DNA of 64,000 bases from a virus (Duplodnaviria > Caudoviricetes), in the IMG/VR virus record IMGVR_UViG_2934051868_000003, positions 29,878 to 93,877 of that record; one strand, given 5' to 3'. This document shows positions 16,361 to 26,040 of this stretch, piece by piece; positions within the stretch are counted from its first letter, which is position 1; each line of letters begins with the position of its first letter. Position numbers and translations under genes: made by a program. Under the pieces are notes generated by a model that was given only the letters and a program-made list of their open reading frames with translations, was not told the DNA's origin and made no database searches.

Positions 16361-19066
16361 CTAGAAGGTGGTGATGATCTGGACGATGCCGTTCGCGCCG
16401 GCACCGCCCGCGCCGGAGTTGTTGCCGTTGCGGGACGCCCCACCGCCACCACCGCCGCAGCCGTACCGGCCTCCGCCGCCACCCGTACCGGCCGCGGTGG
16501 TGACGCTGGCCGCGCCGCCGCCCGCGCCGCCGCCGGGCAGCGGGGAACCGGCGGGAACGTTGCTGCCGCTGCCGGCCGCAGCCCCGTCGACCACACCCGC
16601 GCTGCCCGACCCAACGCCCTGCGCGTAGGTGAAGTAGCCCTGCGCGCCGCCGTTCGCGGCGACGTTCGAGGTGTTGATGCCACCGCCGCCGGCACCGCCG
16701 AACGCCCCGTTGACGGCGTTACCGGCGGCACCACCTGCGATGGTGTTACCGAACCCGCCGTTCGCGGTGGCCGGGGCGAGACTCGACCCGGCCTGCCCGG
16801 TCGAGTTGTTCCCGCCCCCGCCCGCTAGACCGCCGTAGGCGACGAGGAGCCCCGACACGACGCAGTTGCCGCCGGCCGTGCCCGCGCTGCCGTTCGTGTC
16901 GTCGGTTGTGACCGCCGGGCCGCCCGCCCCACCGGAGCCAACGGAGACGGTGTGGGTGGCCGACAGCGCCGACGCGGGCAGGGTGACGGTGACGATTGCC
17001 CCGCCGGCCCCGCCGCCGCCACCCGAACAGGCGGTGCCGTCCGCGCCTCGCCGGCCGGACCCGCCGCCGCCGCCCGCGCCGATAGCGGTGATCTGCACGG
17101 TGGCGGCGCCGGCCGGTTTCGTCCACGTTCCCGACGAGGTGAACGTCTGGATGTTGGGTGCCCCGCCGGACTCGGTGGAGATGCCGTTCTGGCGGACCCA
17201 GCCGCCGTTGCGCCACTCGTCGCCGTTGACCTCGTCGATGAGGACGTTGTGGGTGGCCGCCGAGTTGATGACGAACCCGGAAGCGCCGGTGCCACCGGAC
17301 TCGGCGCCGCCGAGGTGCACGTACGTGTAGTCGACGCCGGAGGCGATGGTGACGTTTTTGCCCCGGTAGCCTTTGACGCCTTCGATGCGGTTACCGGACT
17401 GGCGGACATCGATGCCGGTGTCCATGAACGTGGTGACGTTTTGGTCGCCTGGAATGATGCCCCGAACGATGTTGCCGCCGAGGTTGAGCGCGGGCGCGGC
17501 CGACTGTAGGCGAACGTAGCTGGTGCCGGTGCCCTGCGCGCCCGACTCCATCTTCACGTCGAAGTACGTGAAGTCGCGGATGATGTTGGTGTTGCCGGCC
17601 AGGGCCAGCAACGTGCCACCGGGGCCGGGGTGCAGGTACTCGTACCACCAGGCGTCGAGGATGTTGTAGCGGGGGGCCCACGGGCTCCCCGGGATCGCCA
17701 CGGTCGTCTTGTTGCTCTCGATGATCGCCGCGCCGGACGCGCCCACATTGTTCGTCGTCGTCAGGGACCGGAAACCGAACCCGTAGAACCGGTTACCGTT
17801 GCACTCGTTGGCGTAGAAGTACGGCACGTCGTTGGCCCCGGCGTTAACGGGGGTGGTCATGACGATGCGTTCGAAGTCGCACAGGTAGACGGCGTCGCCG
17901 GGCGACTCGACGAACTCCATGCACGGGCCGCCGGTGTGCATGATGGCGATGTCGCGGATGGTGCACGATTGCAGCGACTTGAACCGCAGACCCGCATTGT
18001 TTTTGGTGGGGTCGGCGACGTTGCTGCCTTTGATCATGACCCCGGACAGGGGCACGATCTTCGCCATGAAGTTGGAGGGGTCGACGTAGCCGGTGTAGTC
18101 GAGCACCGGCCCCGTCTGCGTCGATGCCTTGATGACACTCGCCAGCGGCGTCGCACCGGACAGGCCCGCTCCGGCGCCGACGATCTGCACCGTCCGCCCA
18201 GCCATCGACAGGCCGTCGCCGACGTCGATGGTCATGCCGGCGGGAATGTAGAGGACCGAGTTGTTGCCCTTCGCCTCGGCGGCGTCCATCGCGTTGATGA
18301 ACGCGGCCCGGGTGCCGGGCGTGCCGAAACGGGTGTCGTTGGCGCGGACCCCGAACGTTTCGATCGCGGCGAGCTGCGCGACGCTCACCGGCTTGGCGGT
18401 GTCGGCGGTGTTATCGACGTTGCCGAGCCCCACATGGCCCTTGGTGACGCCGGAGACGGTGCCGGTGAACGTCGGGCTGGCGGTCGGGGCCTTCGCGTTC
18501 AACGCCGTCTGCGTGGCGGTGCTGATCGGCTTGCTCGCGTCGCTGGTGTTGTCGACGTTGCCCAAGCCCAGGTTCGTGCGGGCCGTCGCCGCGTTGGTGA
18601 GGTCCGCGAGGTTCGACGCCTTCTGCGACGCGCCGGTGATCCGGGCGTCGTCCCCGGCGGCGACTGTGCCCGCGGTCGTGCCGACACTACGGCTCGCCGC
18701 TGACCCCAGCCCGCCCACCACACCGGCCGCGTAGCTGGCCTGCGCGGCGGCGGTGTTGATCCGCGCGTTGTAGTCGGCGTGCACCACCGACGGGACACCG
18801 TTGACGACCACCCACAGCTTCTCGGTGCCGTCGGCCGGCCCCCAGTAGTCGGGTTGCTCCCCGTACGCGTTGAGGGTCACCCAGCGGCGGCCGTCCTCAT
18901 CCAGCGGCACCGGCGGGCCGAGAACGCCATCGACGTCGTAGTACACCTCCGCCGGGGTGGTGAGAGAGTCGTCGGCGTACAGGTAGGCGCGGGCGTTGAC
19001 GGCGGGCTTGCCGGACGGCAGGAGCACGTAGCGGGTGCCGGTGTCGGGGAAACGCAGCGACGGCAC
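16361..19066 (-). CDS. Fibre/spike protein with GLGNVDNT repeats, beta-helix domain and glycine-rich C-terminus
   Basis: Two LGNVDNTxD.xKP repeats, LYIPAG beta-helix entry, FTSSGTWTKP..GAGGGGG domain. Confidence 0.8.
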   Translation of the reverse strand: MPSLRFPDTGTRYVLLPSGKPAVNARAYLYADDSLTTPAEVYYDVDGVLGPPVPLDEDGRRWVTLNAYGEQPDYWGPADGTEKLWVVVNGVPSVVHADYNARINTAAAQASYAAGVVGGLGSAASRSVGTTAGTVAAGDDARITGASQKASNLADLTNAATARTNLGLGNVDNTSDASKPISTATQTALNAKAPTASPTFTGTVSGVTKGHVGLGNVDNTADTAKPVSVAQLAAIETFGVRANDTRFGTPGTRAAFINAMDAAEAKGNNSVLYIPAGMTIDVGDGLSMAGRTVQIVGAGAGLSGATPLASVIKASTQTGPVLDYTGYVDPSNFMAKIVPLSGVMIKGSNVADPTKNNAGLRFKSLQSCTIRDIAIMHTGGPCMEFVESPGDAVYLCDFERIVMTTPVNAGANDVPYFYANECNGNRFYGFGFRSLTTTNNVGASGAAIIESNKTTVAIPGSPWAPRYNILDAWWYEYLHPGPGGTLLALAGNTNIIRDFTYFDVKMESGAQGTGTSYVRLQSAAPALNLGGNIVRGIIPGDQNVTTFMDTGIDVRQSGNRIEGVKGYRGKNVTIASGVDYTYVHLGGAESGGTGASGFVINSAATHNVLIDEVNGDEWRNGGWVRQNGISTESGGAPNIQTFTSSGTWTKPAGAATVQITAIGAGGGGGSGRRGADGTACSGGGGGAGGAIVTVTLPASALSATHTVSVGSGGAGGPAVTTDDTNGSAGTAGGNCVVSGLLVAYGGLAGGGGNNSTGQAGSSLAPATANGGFGNTIAGGAAGNAVNGAFGGAGGGGINTSNVAANGGAQGYFTYAQGVGSGSAGVVDGAAAGSGSNVPAGSPLPGGGAGGGAASVTTAAGTGGGGGRYGCGGGGGGASRNGNNSGAGGAGANGIVQIITTF

Positions 19067-19100
19067 AGGGAACCTCCCCCAGGGGTGGGTCGAAGAAATT

Positions 19101-19676
19101 TCAGGAGAGGGCGATCCACCACTCGAACACCGACGCGGTTTGCGCGCCGAGCGTGGCCGGTGCGGTGGTGGTCAGGCCGGTGTTCGCCGACGCCATGTCG
19201 AAGTTCGGCGCGGACAGGCCAACGTTGGTGAGCGCCGCGCTGACCGTGCCGGAACGGACGATCGCCGGACCGGTCGTGCCGTTGAACCACAACCCGACGT
19301 AGTAGTCCCCGCCGGTGACCTGGTAGGGCCCGCCGGCGAGGGGCATGACTTTCAGACCGATGCTGGCCCACGCGGTCGACTGGTCGCCGGTCTGCGCGAC
19401 GAGGGCACCGGCGGCGGTGTAGAGGGCCGCGAAACACTGCCCGGCTGTGAGCGACGATCCCGCCACCGTGAGGAACGTGACGATGTTCGTTACCTGACCG
19501 GCCGGTACGCGACGCAGCCTGCGTAGTTGCAGCGTTCCGGCGGGTGCGAGCGCTGACCCGGCGACGAGCACGTGCGGGGGCTGCGTCCATGCCAGCCAGC
19601 CGCGGTCGGCGGGTACCTGCGCCTGGTAGACGCCGCTGCCGCTGCCGCCGTAGAAGGCGCGGGCTGCCACCGTCAC
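19101..19676 (-). CDS. Virion structural/fibre-associated protein
   Basis: Beta-rich; GTG overlaps the upstream stop. Confidence 0.65.
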   Translation of the reverse strand: MTVAARAFYGGSGSGVYQAQVPADRGWLAWTQPPHVLVAGSALAPAGTLQLRRLRRVPAGQVTNIVTFLTVAGSSLTAGQCFAALYTAAGALVAQTGDQSTAWASIGLKVMPLAGGPYQVTGGDYYVGLWFNGTTGPAIVRSGTVSAALTNVGLSAPNFDMASANTGLTTTAPATLGAQTASVFEWWIALS

Positions 19677-20746
19677 CACGCCCTGACGGACACGGTGGGG
19701 GTACCAGCCGACTTGACGCGCACGACCGTGTTGCCGGTGGTGGCGTCCCGCACTTCGAGGGATGAGATCGCGGCGGGCAGCACGTAGCAGCCGTCCCCGC
19801 CCACAGTGGCGGCGGTGTTGTCGGTGGTGAAGTAGACGGCGGCGGCGCCGTCCACGTTTAGGACTTCCACCCATCCGTAGTTGCCGTCGAAGGTGAACGT
19901 CTTCTCGGTGTTCGCGGCGAGCGTGTAATGCTGCACGGGCAGGGCCACCGCCGCCTCCCATCCCGGTGTCGGGGCGACAGCCCAGCTTGTAGTGACAGAA
20001 CCTTGGGTCTGCTGCCGCACACCCCAGGTGGTGGCGGTCGAGCCGGTTGCGGTGGCGGCGACATTCCAGGTGGTCGCGACGGCGCCGGTGACGGTAGAGC
20101 TGGCGGAGGTGACCTCGACCAGCAGGCCGACCATGGAGGCGGGCTGGTCGGCGGTGACCTGCTCCCCGCCGTACGCGCCGGCGGTGCTGACGGTGCGGTA
20201 GGCGACACCCATCCGCACATTCGCTGACCCGGTGGACCGGGACGTCGCCTGATCGGGTGGGGTGGTGTACACGCCGTCCCAGCCCAACGAGCCCGGAATC
20301 GTGCCCGACGAGACGCGGGCGTGCGCCGCAGCCACCAACGCCGACCCGGCCCCAACCCCGGCCAGGGAGGCGAGGGTGAGCGGTGACGCGGCGGCCGTGG
20401 ACGGGACCGCCTGGGCGATCGTTCCGGCGCCCCGCCAACACGACATCGACCAGCCGCCCGTCACCGACCCGGACAGGCCGAGACTGAACCCGCCATCCCC
20501 GGATTGCAGGACCCGCGTCCACGCGTACAGGCGCGAGCTGGAGCCTTCATTCACCGGCCAGGTGACCCCGTCGAGGAGGTCCCAGCCGGTGGGGGTGGTC
20601 GCCGTCAACGACCCGCCGGAAATGTGCACCACCAGCAGGGCGCGGTCCCCGGCCTGCCAACCAGACGGCAGGGTGATCGTGAACGTGGTGGAGGTGGCCG
20701 TACCGGTGTTGTCGGCGGTGGGGGCGCCGACGATGGCTACAGGCAT
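19673..20746 (-). CDS. Virion structural protein (Ser/Thr/Gly-rich beta-sandwich)
   Basis: LPSGWQAGD..TPTGW motif; synteny. Confidence 0.65.
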   Translation of the reverse strand: MPVAIVGAPTADNTGTATSTTFTITLPSGWQAGDRALLVVHISGGSLTATTPTGWDLLDGVTWPVNEGSSSRLYAWTRVLQSGDGGFSLGLSGSVTGGWSMSCWRGAGTIAQAVPSTAAASPLTLASLAGVGAGSALVAAAHARVSSGTIPGSLGWDGVYTTPPDQATSRSTGSANVRMGVAYRTVSTAGAYGGEQVTADQPASMVGLLVEVTSASSTVTGAVATTWNVAATATGSTATTWGVRQQTQGSVTTSWAVAPTPGWEAAVALPVQHYTLAANTEKTFTFDGNYGWVEVLNVDGAAAVYFTTDNTAATVGGDGCYVLPAAISSLEVRDATTGNTVVRVKSAGTPTVSVRAW

Positions 20747-20780
20747 CAGCGGTCACCTCCGCGCCGCAGGTGTGGTTCGG

Positions 20781-21314
20781 CTAGAGGGTGTCGCCGGACC
20801 AGGCGAGGGTCACCCCGTCGGAGGCGAGCGGGGACGACGCGGCGGCGGTGCGGCGCACCCAAAACGCCCGCACCTGCCCCGCCCCGATGTCGCCGAGGCT
20901 GATACCCGCGCCGGCGGTGGTCGGGGATGTGAACGTCACACCGGCCGGGGCGGTCGTCGCCGACGCCACCGTGACCGCCTGGACGGAGGACGCCCCGACA
21001 GCGGACGCCGCCGTGCCATCCACACCCACCGCGATCGACGTGCCACCGGCAACCTCCCCCGACAGGTACACGCGTGCGCCCTGCAACGTCAGCGTGGCGT
21101 GGGTGTTGTGGAGGAACACGCACGCGTAGTCGACCTGCGAGGCGGCGTTCTGGGCCCCGGTGACGTCGGGGAACAGGGTGTTCGCCCCCGCCGTGACTTC
21201 CGTGGTGGCTACGTATTTGCCGAGGGACGCGCCCACCGCTCCGGCGAGGGTGTTACCGGCGCTGCCCGCAGTCGTGGACAGTTTCAGGCGCACATCAGAC
21301 GCCACGATCGGCAT
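20781..21314 (-). CDS. Virion structural protein
   Basis: SLGKY..LFPDV..DY.C.F..N, FWVRR motifs. Confidence 0.7.
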   Translation of the reverse strand: MPIVASDVRLKLSTTAGSAGNTLAGAVGASLGKYVATTEVTAGANTLFPDVTGAQNAASQVDYACVFLHNTHATLTLQGARVYLSGEVAGGTSIAVGVDGTAASAVGASSVQAVTVASATTAPAGVTFTSPTTAGAGISLGDIGAGQVRAFWVRRTAAASSPLASDGVTLAWSGDTL

Positions 21315-21389
21315 CGCAGCTCACCACCTCACGCGGGTAGAGGAGGAATGGCCTGGCCGCTCGGGAGGAGACGGCCAGGCCACACCCGG

Positions 21390-21965
21390 TCAGGACTGGC
21401 GAGACTTCACCATCGTGAGGAGATCCGACTTCTCGGCCTTCGCCACGTCGTCGTAGTTCGAGCCCTGGCCCACCAGGTACTCCACCAGCACGTCCTTCGA
21501 CGCCCGCCCGTCCGGGGCAGCGCCGTCGAGAGCGGCCAGCTTCTCCTGAGCCGCGGCCCGTCGCGCCGCGACATCAGCGGCGGCCTTGTCCCGCGCCGCC
21601 TGCTCACCGCTCGGGTCGGCGGCCTTGTCGATCCGGCCCTCCTCGGACACCACCTCGGCGACCTTCTCGGCGACATCCGACGACGGACCGTCCGGGTCTG
21701 CCGGCTTCTCGCCGCGCAGCTCGCCCTCGGTCACCGAGTCGGCGCCCCGCCGCGGATCCTGGGCCACGGCAGCGTTCGGGGCCACCGCCACCTCACCCTC
21801 CGCGGCGACAAACCCGCCGTCGAGCAGGAACTTCAGCCGCTCCGGCTCCACATCGGCGGGCAGGAACGCCCCCTTGTACAGCAGCACCTGCGAGCGGACA
21901 CCCGTCGTCGAGGTGACGACGTGCGCGCACTCGGCGATCACCTGAAACCGCTTCGACTCGGTCAT
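21390..21965 (-). CDS. Capsid-associated protein with C-terminal HeH-like motif
   Basis: Directly after the capsid gene; ASKDVLVEY...KSDL. Confidence 0.7.
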   Translation of the reverse strand: MTESKRFQVIAECAHVVTSTTGVRSQVLLYKGAFLPADVEPERLKFLLDGGFVAAEGEVAVAPNAAVAQDPRRGADSVTEGELRGEKPADPDGPSSDVAEKVAEVVSEEGRIDKAADPSGEQAARDKAAADVAARRAAAQEKLAALDGAAPDGRASKDVLVEYLVGQGSNYDDVAKAEKSDLLTMVKSRQS

Positions 21966-21967
21966 GA

Positions 21968-22906
21968 TCAGGTCCCCGAGATCTTCCGGCCCGCCAGCGG
22001 GTCCGTGATCACCGGCACGGTGATGCGACGCGCCCACATGTGCCACACGTCCCGCTCCGCGACCCGGCGGGTCTGCACCTGCACGCCGTTCTCCGCCGTC
22101 GCATACCCGGGGTCCAGCTCGGTTTCGTCAGCCATGCCACCGAGGGCCTGCGAGTCGAGGACGTACACGTCGTCGGCGCCACCGGGCATGTTCGCCAGCG
22201 GGGTGGTCAGCACCTTCAGACCGGCGATCTTTTCGATCTCGCCCCCGTAAACGGGGTTGTCGGACGTCTCCCGCCGCCGCAGGGTGGCGATCTTGTCGTC
22301 GGACACCATGTACGCGTACTTGGTGTTCGTCATCAGGATCGTGTCGGCCTTGTAGCCCATCTCCTGCCCGTCCACCGCCGCCTTGGCAAGCTCGATGTCC
22401 CGCAGGATCCCGGCGCCGGAGTTGTTCCACGCCGCAGGGGCGTTGATCGGGGTGGCGGTGATACCGGAGGCGACGGCGGCGATGGCCAGCCGGTCGATCT
22501 TCTGCACGACCGTGTTGATGACGATGCGCAGCGCCCAGTCCACGGCCGAACCCATCGGCACGCTGCGCTTGATGCGCTCGTCGGTCAGCTCGGTGGCCTG
22601 ACCCCACTTGCTGACGTTCGCCAGCGCGGCGGTGCCGGACTGGGGCAGTGCCCGCGGGTACTCCGAACCCGGCGACACAGCGGTGATGCTGCGGTTGGTG
22701 AACAGCGGCTGGTCGTTGATCTCGTAGCTGACGGCGCCGCCGGAGGTGCGGTACTTCGCCAGGAGCAGCCGGTCGGCGATGAACTGGATGTCTTCGAGCT
22801 GCCGCAGCCGACGCTGGATGACGTTCGGGTTGGCGAGCATCCGGTTGATGGTGATCAGGTCACCCGACAGGCTCGCGGGAGCCGGCGGGTACGTCTGGAG
22901 AGGCAT
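21968..22906 (-). CDS. Major capsid protein
   Basis: About 312 aa; V.PGSEYP, KWG...TDE motifs; synteny. Confidence 0.85.
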   Translation of the reverse strand: MPLQTYPPAPASLSGDLITINRMLANPNVIQRRLRQLEDIQFIADRLLLAKYRTSGGAVSYEINDQPLFTNRSITAVSPGSEYPRALPQSGTAALANVSKWGQATELTDERIKRSVPMGSAVDWALRIVINTVVQKIDRLAIAAVASGITATPINAPAAWNNSGAGILRDIELAKAAVDGQEMGYKADTILMTNTKYAYMVSDDKIATLRRRETSDNPVYGGEIEKIAGLKVLTTPLANMPGGADDVYVLDSQALGGMADETELDPGYATAENGVQVQTRRVAERDVWHMWARRITVPVITDPLAGRKISGT

Positions 22907-23013
22907 CAGCCTGTCCCCTTTCGCCCTGCGTTTGGGCATGAAAAAACCCCGCACGCAGGGCGCCGGGGGTGACTGTCTTCGAGGGTGTTACGGGGTGGTG
23001 CGGGGAAAGCGGG

Positions 23014-23382
23014 TCAGCATTCCATCCACGTGACCAGCGCCGTGTCGGCGGCGGTGGTCAGGGCGATACCGACGTTGCCGACACCGGCGGTGGCGGAGGC
23101 GACGGTGCCGTTCGCGGCGGCGTTGAGCCGGGCGGCGGCGGTGATCGCACCGGCGGCGGTGGACACGTGGACCTGCCCGCGGCCGTGGTAGGTGACGTTC
23201 GCGCCCGAGGCGGCGTCGTGGGCGGCGACACCGACCACGGCGTTGCTGTCGGCGGTGGCGTGCCCGACGGTGCCGTTGCCGGTCACCATCAGCAGACGGC
23301 CGCCGGTCACGGCGGCGGAGGTGACCCCGGTGATGACGTCACCGGGCATGTACAGCGGCGCGTAGTCGGCCATGTCAGGCAC
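23014..23382 (-). CDS. Capsid decoration/cement protein
   Basis: Ala/Gly/Thr-rich, VGVA..DAASG, GIALT motifs. Confidence 0.75.
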   Translation of the reverse strand: MPDMADYAPLYMPGDVITGVTSAAVTGGRLLMVTGNGTVGHATADSNAVVGVAAHDAASGANVTYHGRGQVHVSTAAGAITAAARLNAAANGTVASATAGVGNVGIALTTAADTALVTWMEC

Positions 23383-25639
23383 CCGCCTTCTCGGTGTTGA
23401 ACAGACGCTCGTACTCGGCGTCGATCGGGTCCGGGCCGGCGGTCTCGGCGTCGCCGGTGTAGCCGGACGCGGCGACCGGAACCGCCGTGTTCGGGGCGAT
23501 CGACGCCAGGATCTCCGTGATGACCTCGGGAGCCTTGTCGTAGCGGGCCTCCCAGCCGTCCCGGTCGGCCGGCTTCAGCTTCCCGTCGCGGACGGCACCG
23601 TCGAACAGGGCCTTCTTCGCGTCGGCGGCGGCCGAGGCGTTGATGCGGGCGAGTTCGCCGGACAGGCGGGCGATCTCGTTCTTCATCTCGTCGCGGTCGG
23701 CCGCGGACGCGTTGACCTGCTCGGCGGTGTGGTCGGCCTTGGACTGGAGGTCGGCGAGCGCGGCCAGCACGGCGGCGTCGTCGGCGTCAGTCGGGAGGCC
23801 GAGCCGCGAGCGCACATCGGTGCTCAGAGTGGACACGTGGTCCTCTCCCTTCGGTTCGGTGGATGGTGCGTTGTCCGGCTCGGCGGCCGGGGGTACAGGG
23901 ATGCCCCCGTCGGTTTCGGCGGGGGCGTCGGGGGTGGCGTCCGGCTGGGCGGTGGGCTCCGGCTCGGGTGCGGGCGGTGGCGGCGGCTCGGGCCGTGACT
24001 CTTCCCGCGACGCGTACGTGGCGACGGACGCGGCAACCTTGTCGGCGGGCACGTAGTCCAGGGCGACCGGGGCGGGCTGCCCGAATGTCACCTGATCGCC
24101 GTCGAGGGTGACGGGCACCAGATAGGTGGCGCGGTCGGTGTCATCCATGACGATCACGTCGGAGGCGCGTACCTGCACGATGTACTGCTGCACGGGGGCG
24201 GTGGCGTTCCACGCCTGCTTGATCCGGTCCGCCACATCCGGCTTCGGGTTGGGCATTGTCTCTCCTTCGAGGTGGCCGGCGGACGCTGCGGTCTTGCGGT
24301 GCCGCCGGTCGCCGGGCCAGTAGCCGAACACCCGGTGAAACCATGCCGAAGCTATTCGCTTCGCCCGCTCGGAGCCGACGTGGCGTCGCAGAATGCGGTA
24401 CAGGGCCGACCAGGGGTGAGCTTTCTTCGCCCACCGGGCAAGGCCCTTCGGGTTGCGGGTGAAAAACTCCCGCAGGTTGTTCTCGTCGCCCGCAGCCGCA
24501 GCGACCGCCGCCTCAACCTCGGCGTCCTCGGGCTCGTCGTCGACCGGATCCGGATCGCCGATGAGCGGAATGTCAATGCGCTGGCCGCCGAAGGCGATCC
24601 GCAGCCGGTCGAACCGCACAGGCCCGGTCCGGTCCGTCATCGCACGGAACCGGTCAAGGTCGTCGGTGTACGCCAGCGTGGCGTGAGCGTGCCACGGAGC
24701 GTGCTGCTGCGGCGTGGCCACGTCTGCGTAGTTGAGGGCGTCGCCCACCAGGGTGTGCACGGCGTCGAGTAGGTCGCCGCCCATGAGCAGGACCACACAC
24801 GAGTCGCGGTCCTTGCCGTCAGGCTGCCCGGCTCCGGGCGGGTTGAACAGGCCGAGCCCGAATCCCTCGGCGTCCACCGCGGGGAAGCCGTTGACGGCCG
24901 ATGAGACGGCGTCGATGATGTCCTGCCGGGCCGCGTCGGACAGGTCGACGGCGTCGCCGAGGTAGGCGAGCGTGACGTGTAGTTCGTCGGCCGGTTCGCC
25001 GCCCTCAACGGCGAGCCGTTCGGCGTCCTCGGCGCGGGGGATCAGCGCGACCATCGCACCCGTGTGCTCGACCTGATCGGACGGCTCGGCGGCGGTCACC
25101 CGAGCGGAGATTCGCACCTCACCGTCCTGCGGCCCGTCATCACCCGACGCGGCCAGCCCGTACAGGGCGCGAACATCATCCAGGGACTGCAACGACCGCA
25201 GCGTCCCCACACCCGGCCGGGTCACCCCCAGCAGCGCCACCCCGTCCAGGATGAACGGGTGCGTGTGCCCGAGCTGGCAGCGCCGGTTGTAGGCGCCCTC
25301 GATGGACCGGTCCGGGTAGGCGGACGCCATCACCTGGTCCAGCCACGCCGGCACACCCACGTAGTCGCCGATCAGCGTGTGACCGCCATCGGCGAGACGC
25401 ATGTTCTCGATCCAGCCGATGGTGGGCTCCCCGTCCCCGCCGCGGGGGGTGAACCGCTCGTCGGTGTGGCCGATCCATAGCACCGGCCGGCGAACAGCCG
25501 GACAGTGAGAAGCGGCGACAGCGGCAGCGAGGTCGGCGGGGGACGCGTCCCAGCGGCCGGTGGACAGTGCCCACGATCCGGCGCGCACCAACTCCACGCC
25601 GTTGCGGCGGGCGAGCACGGCAGACTCCGGCACCGTCAT
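23375..25639 (-). CDS. Prohead protease / 2H phosphoesterase / scaffold fusion
   Basis: GH..GWI..YPDRSIE..VALLG..PGV (Mu gp32-like); LHVTL and AHATL; C-terminal coiled coil. Confidence 0.8.
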   Translation of the reverse strand: MTVPESAVLARRNGVELVRAGSWALSTGRWDASPADLAAAVAASHCPAVRRPVLWIGHTDERFTPRGGDGEPTIGWIENMRLADGGHTLIGDYVGVPAWLDQVMASAYPDRSIEGAYNRRCQLGHTHPFILDGVALLGVTRPGVGTLRSLQSLDDVRALYGLAASGDDGPQDGEVRISARVTAAEPSDQVEHTGAMVALIPRAEDAERLAVEGGEPADELHVTLAYLGDAVDLSDAARQDIIDAVSSAVNGFPAVDAEGFGLGLFNPPGAGQPDGKDRDSCVVLLMGGDLLDAVHTLVGDALNYADVATPQQHAPWHAHATLAYTDDLDRFRAMTDRTGPVRFDRLRIAFGGQRIDIPLIGDPDPVDDEPEDAEVEAAVAAAAGDENNLREFFTRNPKGLARWAKKAHPWSALYRILRRHVGSERAKRIASAWFHRVFGYWPGDRRHRKTAASAGHLEGETMPNPKPDVADRIKQAWNATAPVQQYIVQVRASDVIVMDDTDRATYLVPVTLDGDQVTFGQPAPVALDYVPADKVAASVATYASREESRPEPPPPPAPEPEPTAQPDATPDAPAETDGGIPVPPAAEPDNAPSTEPKGEDHVSTLSTDVRSRLGLPTDADDAAVLAALADLQSKADHTAEQVNASAADRDEMKNEIARLSGELARINASAAADAKKALFDGAVRDGKLKPADRDGWEARYDKAPEVITEILASIAPNTAVPVAASGYTGDAETAGPDPIDAEYERLFNTEKAGA

Positions 25640-26040
25640 CCCTCCCGCTCCGGCCAATGCCAACTCCCGCCGGCCCGCTCGTTTTCCTGGTGGTGGCAGC
25701 CGCCCGCCGCCAGGGAGTGGAAGAACTGACCGGTCGGGTTCAGCACGCACAGGCCCACGACGTCGTTGTCACCGACCTCGGTGACCACAGCGGCGCGGCA
25801 CTGGGCGGTGAACGCCTGCGAGCCGTCACTACGCGGCGGGGTTCCGTGACTGACGTAGTGAACGATCCGTCCGACGGTCGGCTTCATCTGCGTGCCGCCC
25901 CTTTCTGTCCGATGGTGGGGTGGCAGGCAGCCGCAGGTGCGGTGCCAAAGGTAGAGGGCTTTCGCGGCGACCTGATGCCAGTTGTCGTCGGCTTGCACGG
26001 CGACGGTGTGACCAGCGGCGCTGATCTCCACCCGGGCCAT
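25636..26040 (-). CDS. Hypothetical protein(s); PTVGRIVHY family domain with likely internal start near 25887
   Basis: ATG at 26040 in frame with MKPTVGRIVHY...WHWPER; internal RBS AAAGGGG. Confidence 0.6.
   Translation of the reverse strand: MARVEISAAGHTVAVQADDNWHQVAAKALYLWHRTCGCLPPHHRTERGGTQMKPTVGRIVHYVSHGTPPRSDGSQAFTAQCRAAVVTEVGDNDVVGLCVLNPTGQFFHSLAAGGCHHQENERAGGSWHWPEREG

Noticed and set aside
16361-17100. GCC-rich repeats as a nucleotide repeat array or DGR variable region
   Set aside because: Explained by glycine-rich coding; no reverse transcriptase or template repeat seen.
22940-22970. Terminator-like hairpin upstream of the capsid gene as a novel element
   Set aside because: Short hairpins with U-tracts are common in head operons and nothing else supports a special role.
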